Assembly: GCA_017960565.1 (NCBI GenBank)
Contig: JAGCYY010000004.1
Coordinates: 1 to 62,393 of the forward strand
Origin: a bacterium
Lineage (GTDB): Bacteria > Bacillota_I > Bacilli_A > Izemoplasmatales > UBA1188
DNA length: 62,393 nt
Direction: 5' to 3'
Program-made: the position numbers and the translations under genes
Notes under the pieces: generated by a model
Seen by the model: only the letters and a program-made list of their open reading frames with translations
Databases searched by the model: none
What the model was told of the DNA's origin: nothing
Part shown: positions 19,789-29,856 of the stretch, in pieces
Layout of the letters: each line of letters opens with the position of its first letter
Position numbering within the stretch: position 1 is the stretch's first letter

Positions 19789-20843
19789 AAACACTTAGAT
19801 ATGATGAATATATAAGCATTAAACTTCGAGAATTATATACATCTTTTGGCTATAGTCTTTATTCCATGAGTAAGTTTGAGGAATATGATCTTTATTCCAA
19901 AAACAAAGATTTTTTAATTTCTGACTATGTCATCACCTTTACAGATACTACTGGAAAACTTATGGCGTTAAAACCTGATGTAACTCTTTCAATAATCAAA
20001 AATACAGATATAAAAGAATCTCTAATTGAAAAACTATGTTATAACGAAAAAGTTTATAGAGTAAAAAGAGAAGGAGATTCTTTCAAAGAAATAATGCAGA
20101 CAGGTCTTGAAGCTATTGGAGATATAGATTCTTATACTATATCAGAAGTATTATATCTTGCGATGAAATCACTAAATCAAATATCTTCTAATTATAATCT
20201 AGATGTTTCATCGATGGACATAATCAAAAAAGCTTTAGATGTTCTTCCAAAATCTTGTGATAGATCAAAACTAATCAAATATATAGGAAACAAAAGTACT
20301 CATGAGATTAAGTCATATTTATCAAGTGAGAATATAGATGAATCATTATATAGTCCATTAGTATCTTTAGTTTCAACAAGTGGAAAACCGAGCGATATAA
20401 AAGCTGAACTTGAGGAAATAGTATCTAAAATAGATGCAAAAGCTGAACTAGATAAATTATATAACGTAATAGATGAAATAAAGGAAGAAAATACAAGAAT
20501 CGATTTTTCTGTGATTTTAGATCCAAATTATTATAACGGAATAGTATTTAGAGGATATGTATCAGAAATAAGTGAGAGTATTCTTTCTGGTGGCGAATAC
20601 AACAATCTTATGAAAAGAATGAACAAAAAATCAAAAGGTGTTGGTTTCGCAGTATATCTCGATAGCATTGATTCACTAGATACATTAGAAGAATATGATT
20701 TTGATTATCAAATAATATATAAAAAAGACTCTAAAGAACTAAGAAAATTTGTATTCTCTCTTCAAAAAGATAATAAGGTCTATGTAGCAAAAGAAATCAA
20801 TACAAAAATAAAAGTAAGAGAAGTCATAGAATTCAAGGAGTAA
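19785..20843 (+). CDS. hisZ: ATP phosphoribosyltransferase regulatory subunit
   Basis: ALKPDVTLSI, QTGLE, YYNGIVF, SGGEY, GVGFAV; precedes short hisG. Confidence 0.9.
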   Translation: MKTLRYDEYISIKLRELYTSFGYSLYSMSKFEEYDLYSKNKDFLISDYVITFTDTTGKLMALKPDVTLSIIKNTDIKESLIEKLCYNEKVYRVKREGDSFKEIMQTGLEAIGDIDSYTISEVLYLAMKSLNQISSNYNLDVSSMDIIKKALDVLPKSCDRSKLIKYIGNKSTHEIKSYLSSENIDESLYSPLVSLVSTSGKPSDIKAELEEIVSKIDAKAELDKLYNVIDEIKEENTRIDFSVILDPNYYNGIVFRGYVSEISESILSGGEYNNLMKRMNKKSKGVGFAVYLDSIDSLDTLEEYDFDYQIIYKKDSKELRKFVFSLQKDNKVYVAKEINTKIKVREVIEFKE

Positions 20844-20845
20844 AT

Positions 20846-21472
20846 ATGAAACCTTTAATAACTGTAGCACTTCCAAAAGGAAGACTAGGAAATGAAGTAT
20901 GTGAAAAATTTAAGATAGCTGGATATTCCATGGATGAAACAATAAGCGACACAAGAAAGCTTATTTTTGAGGATGAAAATCTCGGAGTTAGATTCTTTTG
21001 GGCAAAGCCGTCTGATGTTCATGTATATGTAGAAAGAGGTGCTGCAGATGTTGGAATAATCGGCAAAGATATTCTGCTTGAATATGAACCAGATGTATAT
21101 GAACTATTAGATCTTGAAATTGGCAAATGTAAGATATGTGTTGCCGCAAAAGAAGACTTCTTTGACAACAAGGCTAAGACATTGAGAGTTGCGACTAAAT
21201 ATAAAACAATCGCTAAAGAATATTATATGTCTAAAGGCCGAAAGATAGATATTATCACTCTCAATGGCTCAATCGAGATTGCACCACTATTAAATCTTTC
21301 TGATGTAATAGTAGATATTGTAGAAACTGGTAAGACTCTCAAAGAAAACAATCTTGTGATAGTCGATAAAATAATCGATGTAAGCGCTAGGTTTATTGTC
21401 AATAAATCTAGCTATAGATTCAAAGAAAAAGAAATAAACAAGCTTAAACAAGCTCTAGAAAGTAGAGGTTAA
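20846..21472 (+). CDS. hisG: ATP phosphoribosyltransferase (short form)
   Basis: ALPKGRL, VATKY, DIVETGKTLKEN. Confidence 0.97.
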   Translation: MKPLITVALPKGRLGNEVCEKFKIAGYSMDETISDTRKLIFEDENLGVRFFWAKPSDVHVYVERGAADVGIIGKDILLEYEPDVYELLDLEIGKCKICVAAKEDFFDNKAKTLRVATKYKTIAKEYYMSKGRKIDIITLNGSIEIAPLLNLSDVIVDIVETGKTLKENNLVIVDKIIDVSARFIVNKSSYRFKEKEINKLKQALESRG

Positions 21473-21477
21473 TATAG

Positions 21478-22752
21478 ATGATTAAAATATTAAAATATGG
21501 TTTAGATAATGAAGAAATCTTTAAACGTATGATTCCAAAAGTCGATGTTAAAGATATCGTCAAATCAATTATTGATGATGTAGTAGAAAGAGGAGATATC
21601 GCTTTAAAAGAATATACACATAAATTTGATAAAGCAGATCTTGATAATTTATTGGTTACAGAAGATGAAATAAATGAAGCTATCTCTTTAGTAGATAAAA
21701 GATTTTTAGAAGTCTTAGAAAAAGCAAAAGAGAATATCTATCAATTCCATATAAATCAAAAAAAGACTCCATTTGAAATTAAAAAAGAAAATGGTGTTGT
21801 CATGGGACAAAAGATTACTCCTCTTGAGAGAGTTGGTATATATGTTCCTGGCGGAACTGCAAGTTATCCATCTACTGTATTGATGGATGCAATACCTGCC
21901 CTTATTGCTGGAGTTAAAGAAATAATAATGGTAACTCCACCAATGCCAAATGGCAAAATTAATCCACTTGTGCTTGCTGCCGCAAAAGTTGCATCGGTCA
22001 ATAAGATTTTTAAGATTGGTGGGGCACAGGCTATCGCTGCACTAGCTTATGGAACAAGCGCAGTTCCTAAAGTAGATAAAATAGTAGGACCAGGAAATGC
22101 TTTTGTCGCTGAGGCTAAAAGACAGGTATATGGAGTAGTATCTATAGATATGATTGCTGGACCAAGTGAAATTTTGATTATTTCTGATAAATATTCAAAT
22201 CCAAGATTTACAGCTGTAGATCTCCTATCTCAGGCAGAACACGACAAACTTGCAAGCGCAATATTAATAACACCAGATATAGATTTTGCGAAAGAAGTTA
22301 GAAAATATATTGAGATAGAATTAAAAACACTTGAAAGATATGATATCGCAAGATCATCTATTGATGATTATGGCAAAATTATTATCACGAGTTCAATAGA
22401 CGAAGCGATAGATATCGCAAACGAGATTGCCCCAGAGCACTTAGAGCTTGCAGTAAATGATCCATTTAATTATTTAGATAAAATCAAAAATGCTGGTTCA
22501 ATCTTCCTCGGAAGATTCACTCCAGAAGCACTTGGAGACTATATGGCTGGGCCAAATCATACACTTCCAACAAGTGGTTCTGCAAAGTTTTCATCACCTC
22601 TATCAGTCGATGATTTCTTAAAGAAAACACAATACACATATTTTACTAAAGATGCTCTAAATAGTCTTGCATATGACATTGATTATTTTGCGAAGAAGGA
22701 GGGACTTACTGCACATGCAAGAAGTGCAGTAATAAGATTTGAAAATGAGTGA
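21478..22752 (+). CDS. hisD: Histidinol dehydrogenase
   Basis: YVPGG, GGAQAI, GPGN, IDMIAGPSE, QAEHD, APEHL, GPNHTLPT. Confidence 0.97.
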   Translation: MIKILKYGLDNEEIFKRMIPKVDVKDIVKSIIDDVVERGDIALKEYTHKFDKADLDNLLVTEDEINEAISLVDKRFLEVLEKAKENIYQFHINQKKTPFEIKKENGVVMGQKITPLERVGIYVPGGTASYPSTVLMDAIPALIAGVKEIIMVTPPMPNGKINPLVLAAAKVASVNKIFKIGGAQAIAALAYGTSAVPKVDKIVGPGNAFVAEAKRQVYGVVSIDMIAGPSEILIISDKYSNPRFTAVDLLSQAEHDKLASAILITPDIDFAKEVRKYIEIELKTLERYDIARSSIDDYGKIIITSSIDEAIDIANEIAPEHLELAVNDPFNYLDKIKNAGSIFLGRFTPEALGDYMAGPNHTLPTSGSAKFSSPLSVDDFLKKTQYTYFTKDALNSLAYDIDYFAKKEGLTAHARSAVIRFENE

Positions 22753-23797
22753 ATATTTAAGCACCAAATATAAAAATCTTGTTCCATATGTTCCTGGTGA
22801 ACAGCCAAGAGATAAAAAATATATAAAATTAAACACAAATGAATCCCCTTTTCAAGCATCTAATAATGTGTCTTTAGATGATGCTATTAATAATATAATG
22901 CTTTACTCAGATCCAACATGTCTAAGCTTAAGAAAAAAAATCGCGGATATCTTTAAAATAGATATAGATGAAATAATGTTTTCAAACGGATCTGATGAGA
23001 TGCTAAATTTTGCATTTATGGCTTATACAGATAATATGACACCTGCAGTATTTCCTGATATAACATATGGGTTTTATAAAGTATTTTCAAATGTAAATAA
23101 TACTCCATATATAGAAATACCATTAAAAGATGATCTATCAATCGATATTAATGATTATATAAATATCAATAGGACAATATTTATCGCCAACCCTAATGCT
23201 CCTACAGGTTTAGCGCTTAGTCTTTCTGATATTGAAAAAATAGTTAAGACAAATCCTAAAAATATCGTTGTAATTGATGAAGCTTATGTTGATTTTGGCA
23301 GTGAAAGCGTCGTGCCACTAATAAAAAAATATGATAATCTTCTCGTGATTGGAACATTTTCAAAATCAAGGTCAATGGCTGGTGCAAGACTTGGTTATGC
23401 AATCGCATCTAAAAAAATCATAAATGATTTAAACACATTAAGATATTCATTAAACCCTTATAATATCAATTCACTCACAATGTCCCTTGCCTTAAATGTT
23501 TTAGAAAACAACGATAAGGTTATGGACAATGTTAAAAAAATAATTGAAAATCGTAATTATCTCACAGATGAACTTAAAAAACTTGGATTTTCAACTATTG
23601 ATTCTAAAACAAATTTTGTCTTCACTAAAACAGATAAAATATCTGGGAAAGATCTATATCAAGAATTGAAAAATAGAGGTGTTCTTGTTCGCCATTTTGA
23701 TATCGAAAGAATCAAAGACTATGTTCGAATCACTATCGGCACAAAAGATGAACTAGACACTCTTATTAAGAAAATTAAAGAAATAATAGAGGTTTAG
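22745..23797 (+). CDS. hisC: Histidinol-phosphate aminotransferase
   Basis: YVPGEQP, LNTNESP, NPNAPTG, DEAY, TFSKSRSMAGARLG. Start placed at ATG 22745. Confidence 0.95.
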   Translation: MSEYLSTKYKNLVPYVPGEQPRDKKYIKLNTNESPFQASNNVSLDDAINNIMLYSDPTCLSLRKKIADIFKIDIDEIMFSNGSDEMLNFAFMAYTDNMTPAVFPDITYGFYKVFSNVNNTPYIEIPLKDDLSIDINDYININRTIFIANPNAPTGLALSLSDIEKIVKTNPKNIVVIDEAYVDFGSESVVPLIKKYDNLLVIGTFSKSRSMAGARLGYAIASKKIINDLNTLRYSLNPYNINSLTMSLALNVLENNDKVMDNVKKIIENRNYLTDELKKLGFSTIDSKTNFVFTKTDKISGKDLYQELKNRGVLVRHFDIERIKDYVRITIGTKDELDTLIKKIKEIIEV

Positions 23798-23800
23798 CAT

Positions 23801-24406
23801 ATGAGAGAATCAAGAATAAAAAGAAAAACAAATGAAACTGATATCGAGCTATATCTAAATATAGATGGCACAGGAAAATCAAATATTGATACAGGCATAG
23901 GCTTTATGGATCATATGCTCACTCTTTTTTCTAAACATGCGCAAGTAGATTTAAGTGTTAAATGTATCGGTGACACATATGTTGATTATCATCACTCTGT
24001 TGAAGACATCGGTATAGCGCTTGGAAGTGCTTTAAAAGAAGCACTTGGTGAAAAATATGGTATCAATAGATATGGATTTTTCATTCTTCCTATGGATGAA
24101 TCTTTAGTTGAAACTAAAGTTGATATTTTGTCTGCGGTAGATATCAGCGGTAGATCATATCTAAGTTTTGATCTTGGTAAACTAAATCCTAAAGTTGGTG
24201 ATTTTGATACTGAACTTATAGAAGAATTCTTTCAAGCCTTCACAAGAGCTTCAGCAACCACTCTTCATATCAAAAAAATAAACGGAAGAAACACACATCA
24301 TATTATTGAAGCGTGTTTTAAATCTTTCGCAAGAAGTTTAAAAACCGCAATAAGTTTAGATGAAAAAAATCTAAATTCACTTCCTTCTACAAAGGGCATA
24401 TTATGA
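23801..24406 (+). CDS. hisB: Imidazoleglycerol-phosphate dehydratase
   Basis: RKTNET, FMDHML, HHSVED, HHIIEA, PSTKG. Confidence 0.97.
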   Translation: MRESRIKRKTNETDIELYLNIDGTGKSNIDTGIGFMDHMLTLFSKHAQVDLSVKCIGDTYVDYHHSVEDIGIALGSALKEALGEKYGINRYGFFILPMDESLVETKVDILSAVDISGRSYLSFDLGKLNPKVGDFDTELIEEFFQAFTRASATTLHIKKINGRNTHHIIEACFKSFARSLKTAISLDEKNLNSLPSTKGIL

Positions 24407-25011
24407 TCGCAATTATTGATTATGGAGTTGGAAACCTCTTTTCCCTAAAATCATCACTAGATTATATCGGTGTAGAATCAATCATCACAAACGACAAGAG
24501 CGAAATATTAAAAGCGGATAAAATCATTCTTCCAGGCGTTGGTGCTTTTCGTGATGCCATTAAAAAATTAGCTGACCTTGGATTAGATATTGTGATCAAA
24601 GAAGAAGCAAATAAAAATAAACCGATTCTTGGAATCTGTCTTGGAATGCAGCTTCTATTTGATGTTTCTTATGAATTTGGTATCTACAAAGGCTTATCTT
24701 TAATCCCAGGTGAAATCAAACCATTAAAAGATGTGACTAATTCCTTAAAGATACCGCATATGGGTTGGAATAAACTCATCTTTAATAAAAACTCATCATT
24801 ATTTAAATATATTAAAGATGGCGATTATGTATATTTTGTTCATTCATTTTATGGAAAGACAAATAGCGAATTTGTCTCTAGCTATACAGAATATGGCACC
24901 CCTCTAACTGCATCTTGTGAATATAAAAATGTTTATGGCACTCAATTTCATCCTGAAAAAAGTGGCGATGCAGGATTAAATATATTAAAAGCCTTTAGTG
25001 AATTGGAGTAA
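24403..25011 (+). CDS. hisH: Imidazole glycerol phosphate synthase glutaminase subunit
   Basis: DYGVGN, LPGVG, GICLGMQ, FHPEKS. Confidence 0.97.
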   Translation: MIAIIDYGVGNLFSLKSSLDYIGVESIITNDKSEILKADKIILPGVGAFRDAIKKLADLGLDIVIKEEANKNKPILGICLGMQLLFDVSYEFGIYKGLSLIPGEIKPLKDVTNSLKIPHMGWNKLIFNKNSSLFKYIKDGDYVYFVHSFYGKTNSEFVSSYTEYGTPLTASCEYKNVYGTQFHPEKSGDAGLNILKAFSELE

Positions 25012-25016
25012 TAGAT

Positions 25017-25724
25017 ATGAAGATATTTCCAGCAATTGATATTTATAATGGATCTTGTGTTCGACTTGAAAAAGGCGACTACAATAAAATGAAAATATAT
25101 AATAATAACACTCTTGAAATAATCAAAGATTTTGAATCAAAAGGTGTTAAGTGTGTCCACCTAGTCGATCTTGAAGGCGCTAGATTTGGTTTTCCAAAAA
25201 ATATAGATGTAATAGAGACAATAAGAAAGAATACAGATATGTTTTTAGAACTTGGGGGAGGAATTAGAACTCTCGATTCAGTCGATAAATATTTTTCTAT
25301 CGGAATCGATAGAATTATTCTTGGCACATCTGCGGTAGAAAATATTGCATTATTAAAAAATGCCATAAAAAAATATGATGATAAAATCGCTGTTGCAGTT
25401 GATGTATTAGATTCTTATGTTCTCACAAAGGGCTGGCAAGAAAATTCAAATATCCCAATCACAAAATTTATAAAAGATATGATTAGTCTTGGTGTTAAAA
25501 CATTTATTGTCACAGACATATCTAAAGATGGCATGTTAAGTGGTACAAATATGAATCTTTATAGAGACTTAAAAGAAAAATTTGATATTGAAATAACCGC
25601 ATCTGGTGGTATCACAAATGTTCTAGATATTAAAAAATTAAAAGAAATGAAAATAGATAATGTAATCATCGGAAAAGCTTATTATGAGAACTTAATAGAT
25701 TTATCTAGTCTGGAGGATCTATGA
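25017..25724 (+). CDS. hisA: ProFAR isomerase
   Basis: IFPAID, HLVDL, GGGIR, TDISKDGMLSG, ASGG. Confidence 0.97.
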   Translation: MKIFPAIDIYNGSCVRLEKGDYNKMKIYNNNTLEIIKDFESKGVKCVHLVDLEGARFGFPKNIDVIETIRKNTDMFLELGGGIRTLDSVDKYFSIGIDRIILGTSAVENIALLKNAIKKYDDKIAVAVDVLDSYVLTKGWQENSNIPITKFIKDMISLGVKTFIVTDISKDGMLSGTNMNLYRDLKEKFDIEITASGGITNVLDIKKLKEMKIDNVIIGKAYYENLIDLSSLEDL

Positions 25725-26479
25725 TCACAAAAAGAATAATACCATGTCTTGATGTAAAAAATGGAAGAGTAGTAAAAGGCAAAAATTTTACTGGATTAGC
25801 TGATGTAGATTCACCAGTTAAACTTGCAGAATATTATTCAACAAACAATGCTGATGAACTTGTATTTTACGACATTACTGCATCAAGCGAAGAAAGAAAA
25901 ATATTTACCAACATTTTAAAAGAAACTGCTAAAAAAGTATTCATTCCTCTAACAGTAGGTGGTGGTATTGAAAAGGTTGAAGATTTTGATCGAGTTTTAA
26001 AGTGCGGTGCTGATAAAGTTTCAGTAAATTCTGGCGCTATAAAAAACAAAAATTTAATCAAAGAAGCATCAAGAATCTATGGCAGTCAGTGTGTTGTTTT
26101 ATCTGTCGATGTCAAAAGAGTTGATGGAAAATTTAAAGTATTTTCTAAAGGCGGAAGAGAAAATACAGATATGGATGCTATCGAGTGGATAAAGACATGT
26201 GTTAATGATGGCGCAGGTGAAGTTGTAGTAAATTCTATCGATACAGATGGTGTAAAAAAGGGCTTTGATATTGAGCTTTTAAAATTAGTAAATGCTGCAG
26301 TTAATGTGCCAGTTATCGCATCAGGTGGCGCTGGATCAATCGAAGATTTTATTAATCTATATAAGGAGATTCCAACGATTGATGCTTCACTTGCTGCATC
26401 TATCTTTCACTATAAAGAAATATCAATAAATGATTTAAAATTGCGTCTTAAGAGTGAAAACATAAGTGTAAGAATTTAA
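25721..26479 (+). CDS. hisF: Imidazole glycerol phosphate synthase cyclase subunit
   Basis: KRIIPCLDV, GADKVSVN, IDTDG, IASGGAG. Confidence 0.97.
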   Translation: MITKRIIPCLDVKNGRVVKGKNFTGLADVDSPVKLAEYYSTNNADELVFYDITASSEERKIFTNILKETAKKVFIPLTVGGGIEKVEDFDRVLKCGADKVSVNSGAIKNKNLIKEASRIYGSQCVVLSVDVKRVDGKFKVFSKGGRENTDMDAIEWIKTCVNDGAGEVVVNSIDTDGVKKGFDIELLKLVNAAVNVPVIASGGAGSIEDFINLYKEIPTIDASLAASIFHYKEISINDLKLRLKSENISVRI

Positions 26480-26500
26480 GGTATGTAAGGAGATTAAATT

Positions 26501-27148
26501 ATGTTAGATATTGAAAATTTAGTTTTTGATGAAAAAGGTCTAATTCCAGCGATAATTCAGGACTATAATACAAAAAAAGTTTTGACTTTAGCTTATATGA
26601 ATAAGGAGTCATTAACGCTCTCAATTGAGAAAAAAATGACTTGTTTTTATTCAAGAAAAAGAAAAGAATTATGGCTAAAAGGTGAAACAAGTGGTAATTT
26701 TCAACACATCATAAATATTACAAAGGACTGTGATAGTGATGCCCTTCTAATTGAGGTTATAAAAGATGGACCTGCCTGCCATGAAGGATATGATTCTTGT
26801 TTTAATTATCCAGTTCTTACCTCAAACGAAAAAGAGTTCAATCTAGACTCTCTTATGGATCTATTGGTCGATAGAAAACTAAATAGAAAAGAAGGATCTT
26901 ATACATCTTATTTATTTGAGAAAGGACTCGATAAGATATTAAAAAAAATCGGTGAAGAATCTACTGAAGTCATAATCGCAGCTAAAGCATGCGACAAGAA
27001 AGAAACCATCTATGAAATCGCAGATCTTACATATCATATAATGGTGTTGATGGCGAATGAAAATATCACGATCGATGAGATTAAATCAGAACTTAAATCT
27101 CGTCACATAATAGATAAAAAAATTAAACAAGAAAAGATGACTAGTTAA
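26501..27148 (+). CDS. hisIE: Bifunctional phosphoribosyl-AMP cyclohydrolase / phosphoribosyl-ATP pyrophosphatase
   Basis: [22 protein letters not shown]; [22 protein letters not shown]. Confidence 0.95.
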   Translation: MLDIENLVFDEKGLIPAIIQDYNTKKVLTLAYMNKESLTLSIEKKMTCFYSRKRKELWLKGETSGNFQHIINITKDCDSDALLIEVIKDGPACHEGYDSCFNYPVLTSNEKEFNLDSLMDLLVDRKLNRKEGSYTSYLFEKGLDKILKKIGEESTEVIIAAKACDKKETIYEIADLTYHIMVLMANENITIDEIKSELKSRHIIDKKIKQEKMTS

Positions 27149-27150
27149 TT

Positions 27151-27888
27151 ATGAGATACACATCCCTTCATATACATAGTCTCTTTTGTGATGGATATGA
27201 TTCTATTTTAGATATCATAAAAGAAGCTATAAAACTCAATCTCGATACGATAGGAATTCTATATCATTCATATACATCATTCGATGAATCTTACTGCATT
27301 AAAAAAGATAAAATAGATGAATTTATAAATTTAGTAGAAAGATATAAAAAAGAATTCCAAAATCTTATCAATATCAAACACGGAGTTGAACAAGATTATT
27401 TTTCAGAAACAGACACAAAACAACACGACTATTTAATTGGTTCCGTTCATTATATTAAAAAGAACGATAAATATTATCCAATAGATTCATCAAAAGAAGA
27501 AACTATAAAACTAGTAAATGAACTCTATAATGGTGATTATTATGAATTTTCTAAAGATTATTTTAATCTTGTGAGTCAAGTTGTATCTAAAACAAAGTGC
27601 ACGATAATCGGCCATTTTGATTTAGTTACTAAATATAATCTATTCGATACTGATAATGAAAAATATCGATTACTATATAAAAATGCAGTCGATAAGCTTA
27701 TACCATATAATATTCCATTTGAAATCAATACATCAATAGTCGATGAAAAAGGTGAGCCATATCCAAGCCTTGAAATAATAAATTATATAAAATCAAAAGG
27801 TGGAAAATTTATCTTATCATCAGATGCTCATAAAAAAGAAAATCTAATAAAACACTTTGATGAATATATAAAATATATAGGTGACTAA
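27151..27888 (+). CDS. hisK: PHP-family histidinol-phosphatase (HisJ/HisK type)
   Basis: LHIHSLFCDG, IGSVH, GHFD, EINT, SSDAH; inside the his operon. Confidence 0.85.
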   Translation: MRYTSLHIHSLFCDGYDSILDIIKEAIKLNLDTIGILYHSYTSFDESYCIKKDKIDEFINLVERYKKEFQNLINIKHGVEQDYFSETDTKQHDYLIGSVHYIKKNDKYYPIDSSKEETIKLVNELYNGDYYEFSKDYFNLVSQVVSKTKCTIIGHFDLVTKYNLFDTDNEKYRLLYKNAVDKLIPYNIPFEINTSIVDEKGEPYPSLEIINYIKSKGGKFILSSDAHKKENLIKHFDEYIKYIGD

Positions 27889-27889
27889 T

Positions 27890-28600
27890 ATGAACACATA
27901 TGATATTATGAATCTACTCAAAAACAACAAGTATCCAGGAAGGGGAATAGTGACAGGACTTGATAATTCATCAAATATTGTCACTGCATATTTTATTATG
28001 GGAAGAAGTGAAAATTCTCGTAATAGAATATTCGTTCTCGATAATAATTCTCTCTATACCAAAGCCTATGATGAATCAAAACTAAAAGACCCATCGTTAA
28101 TAATCTATAGAGCAATTGTTCCATATAAAAATTATTTAATAATAACTAATGGTGATCATACTGAAAATATTTTAGAAGGTTTAAAAGCTAATAAACCAAT
28201 CTATGAATCACTTTCAGTAAGAAAATTTGAAGAAGATTATCCTAGTAATACTCCAAGAATCTCTTCACTAATTGAGAAAAAAGATAACACATTTACCTAT
28301 ACTATGAGTATTTTAAAATCATATGATGGTTTAGCGAAACAAACTGGAAGATATTATTATAATTATGAACCAACTAAAGGAATAGGCCATTTTATTCATA
28401 CATATGACAAAGATGATAACCCACTTCCAACATTTTCAAAAGAACCAGAGATGATTTCAATCGATTTAGGTATCGATGAATTCAGCACAAAGCTTTGGAA
28501 TGCATTAGATGAAGATAATAAAATATCACTATATGTAAGATATGAAAATCTTGAAACAAAAAAAGTTGAAGAAAGATTATTTAATAAAAACGAGGTCTGA
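27890..28600 (+). CDS. Stand-alone IMP cyclohydrolase (PurO-like, Ntn fold)
   Basis: YPGRGI, YFIMGRSENSRNR, ITNGDHT, TPRIS, HTY. SD AGGTGA favours ATG 27890 over GTG 27881. Confidence 0.8.
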   Translation: MNTYDIMNLLKNNKYPGRGIVTGLDNSSNIVTAYFIMGRSENSRNRIFVLDNNSLYTKAYDESKLKDPSLIIYRAIVPYKNYLIITNGDHTENILEGLKANKPIYESLSVRKFEEDYPSNTPRISSLIEKKDNTFTYTMSILKSYDGLAKQTGRYYYNYEPTKGIGHFIHTYDKDDNPLPTFSKEPEMISIDLGIDEFSTKLWNALDEDNKISLYVRYENLETKKVEERLFNKNEV

Positions 28601-28602
28601 TA

Positions 28603-29787
28603 ATGAAAGAATTTGAACTTAAATATGGTTGTAACCCTAATCAAAAACCTTCAAGAATATTTATGAGAGATGGAAGCGAACTTCCAATAAAGGTATTAAA
28701 TGGTAAACCAGGCTATATTAATTTTTTAGATGCTTTTAATTCGTACCAATTAGTTAAAGAATTAAAGGAAGCCCTTAATCTTCCAGCAGCTGCTTCATTT
28801 AAACACGTATCTCCATCAGGCGCTGCGGTTGGACTTCCATTAACCTTAGAACTTAAAAAATCATATTTTGTTGAATCAATAAAAAATATCAATGACTCAC
28901 CACTCGCCTGTGCTTATGCAAGAGCGAGAGGCACAGATAGAATGTCTTCATTTGGTGATTTTATCGCCCTTTCAGATATTTGCGATGAGATTACTGCAAA
29001 ACTCATCAAACTTGAAATCTCTGATGGCGTTATCGCACCAGGTTATTCAGAAAAAGCCTTAGAAATTCTAAAAACCAAGAAAAATGGTTCATATAATATT
29101 ATAGAAATAGATCCATCTTATATCCCAAAAGCAAAAGAAACAAAAGATGTATATGGAATAACCTTTGAACAAGGCAGAAACAACTATAAGATAGATGAAT
29201 CTATGTTAGATGATATAGTAACTAAGAATAAATCTCTTACAAGCGATGCCAAAAGAGATTTAATCATCGCTCTCATCACTTTAAAATACACACAATCTAA
29301 TTCTGTATGTTATGCATATGATGGTCAAACAGTTGGAGTAGGCGCTGGTCAACAATCAAGAATTCATTGTACTAGACTTGCCGGTACTAAAGCTGACACA
29401 TGGTTTTTAAGATTATCACCAAAAGTATTAAATCTAAAATTCAAAAAAGAAATCATAAGGCCTGATAGAAACAATATAATTGATGGATATATAAATCATA
29501 ACGAAGAAGATGTGACTGTCGATGGAATATGGCAGAAATATTTTACTGAAAAACCTGAATATTATACCATCGAAGAGCAAAGGGAATATTTAGATAAAAT
29601 AACTAATGTATCTTTAGCATCTGATGCTTTCTTTCCGTTCAGTGATAACATCATAAGAGCACAAAAAAGTGGTGTTAAATATGTTTGTGAACCTGGCGGG
29701 TCATTAAGAGATGATCTTGTGATAGAAGAAGCAAATAATCGTGATATGGTAATGGTATTTACCCATATGAGATTATTTCATCATTAA
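28603..29787 (+). CDS. purH: AICAR formyltransferase (PurH transformylase domain only)
   Basis: Begins at LKYGCNPNQ, so there is no N-terminal cyclohydrolase domain; FKHVSP, QSN, GQQSR, SDAFFPF, RLFHH. Confidence 0.9.
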   Translation: MKEFELKYGCNPNQKPSRIFMRDGSELPIKVLNGKPGYINFLDAFNSYQLVKELKEALNLPAAASFKHVSPSGAAVGLPLTLELKKSYFVESIKNINDSPLACAYARARGTDRMSSFGDFIALSDICDEITAKLIKLEISDGVIAPGYSEKALEILKTKKNGSYNIIEIDPSYIPKAKETKDVYGITFEQGRNNYKIDESMLDDIVTKNKSLTSDAKRDLIIALITLKYTQSNSVCYAYDGQTVGVGAGQQSRIHCTRLAGTKADTWFLRLSPKVLNLKFKKEIIRPDRNNIIDGYINHNEEDVTVDGIWQKYFTEKPEYYTIEEQREYLDKITNVSLASDAFFPFSDNIIRAQKSGVKYVCEPGGSLRDDLVIEEANNRDMVMVFTHMRLFHH

Positions 29788-29802
29788 AACTATTAAGATA
29801 TT

Positions 29803-29841
29803 AAAAATGCACTTATTTTCGCTTTGAGTAAGTGCATTTTT
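29803..29841. terminator. Bidirectional terminator ending the his-pur operon
   Basis: AAAAATGCACTTA...TAAGTGCATTTTT, 13 bp stem. Confidence 0.8.
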
Positions 29842-29856
29842 CATATAACAAATATA

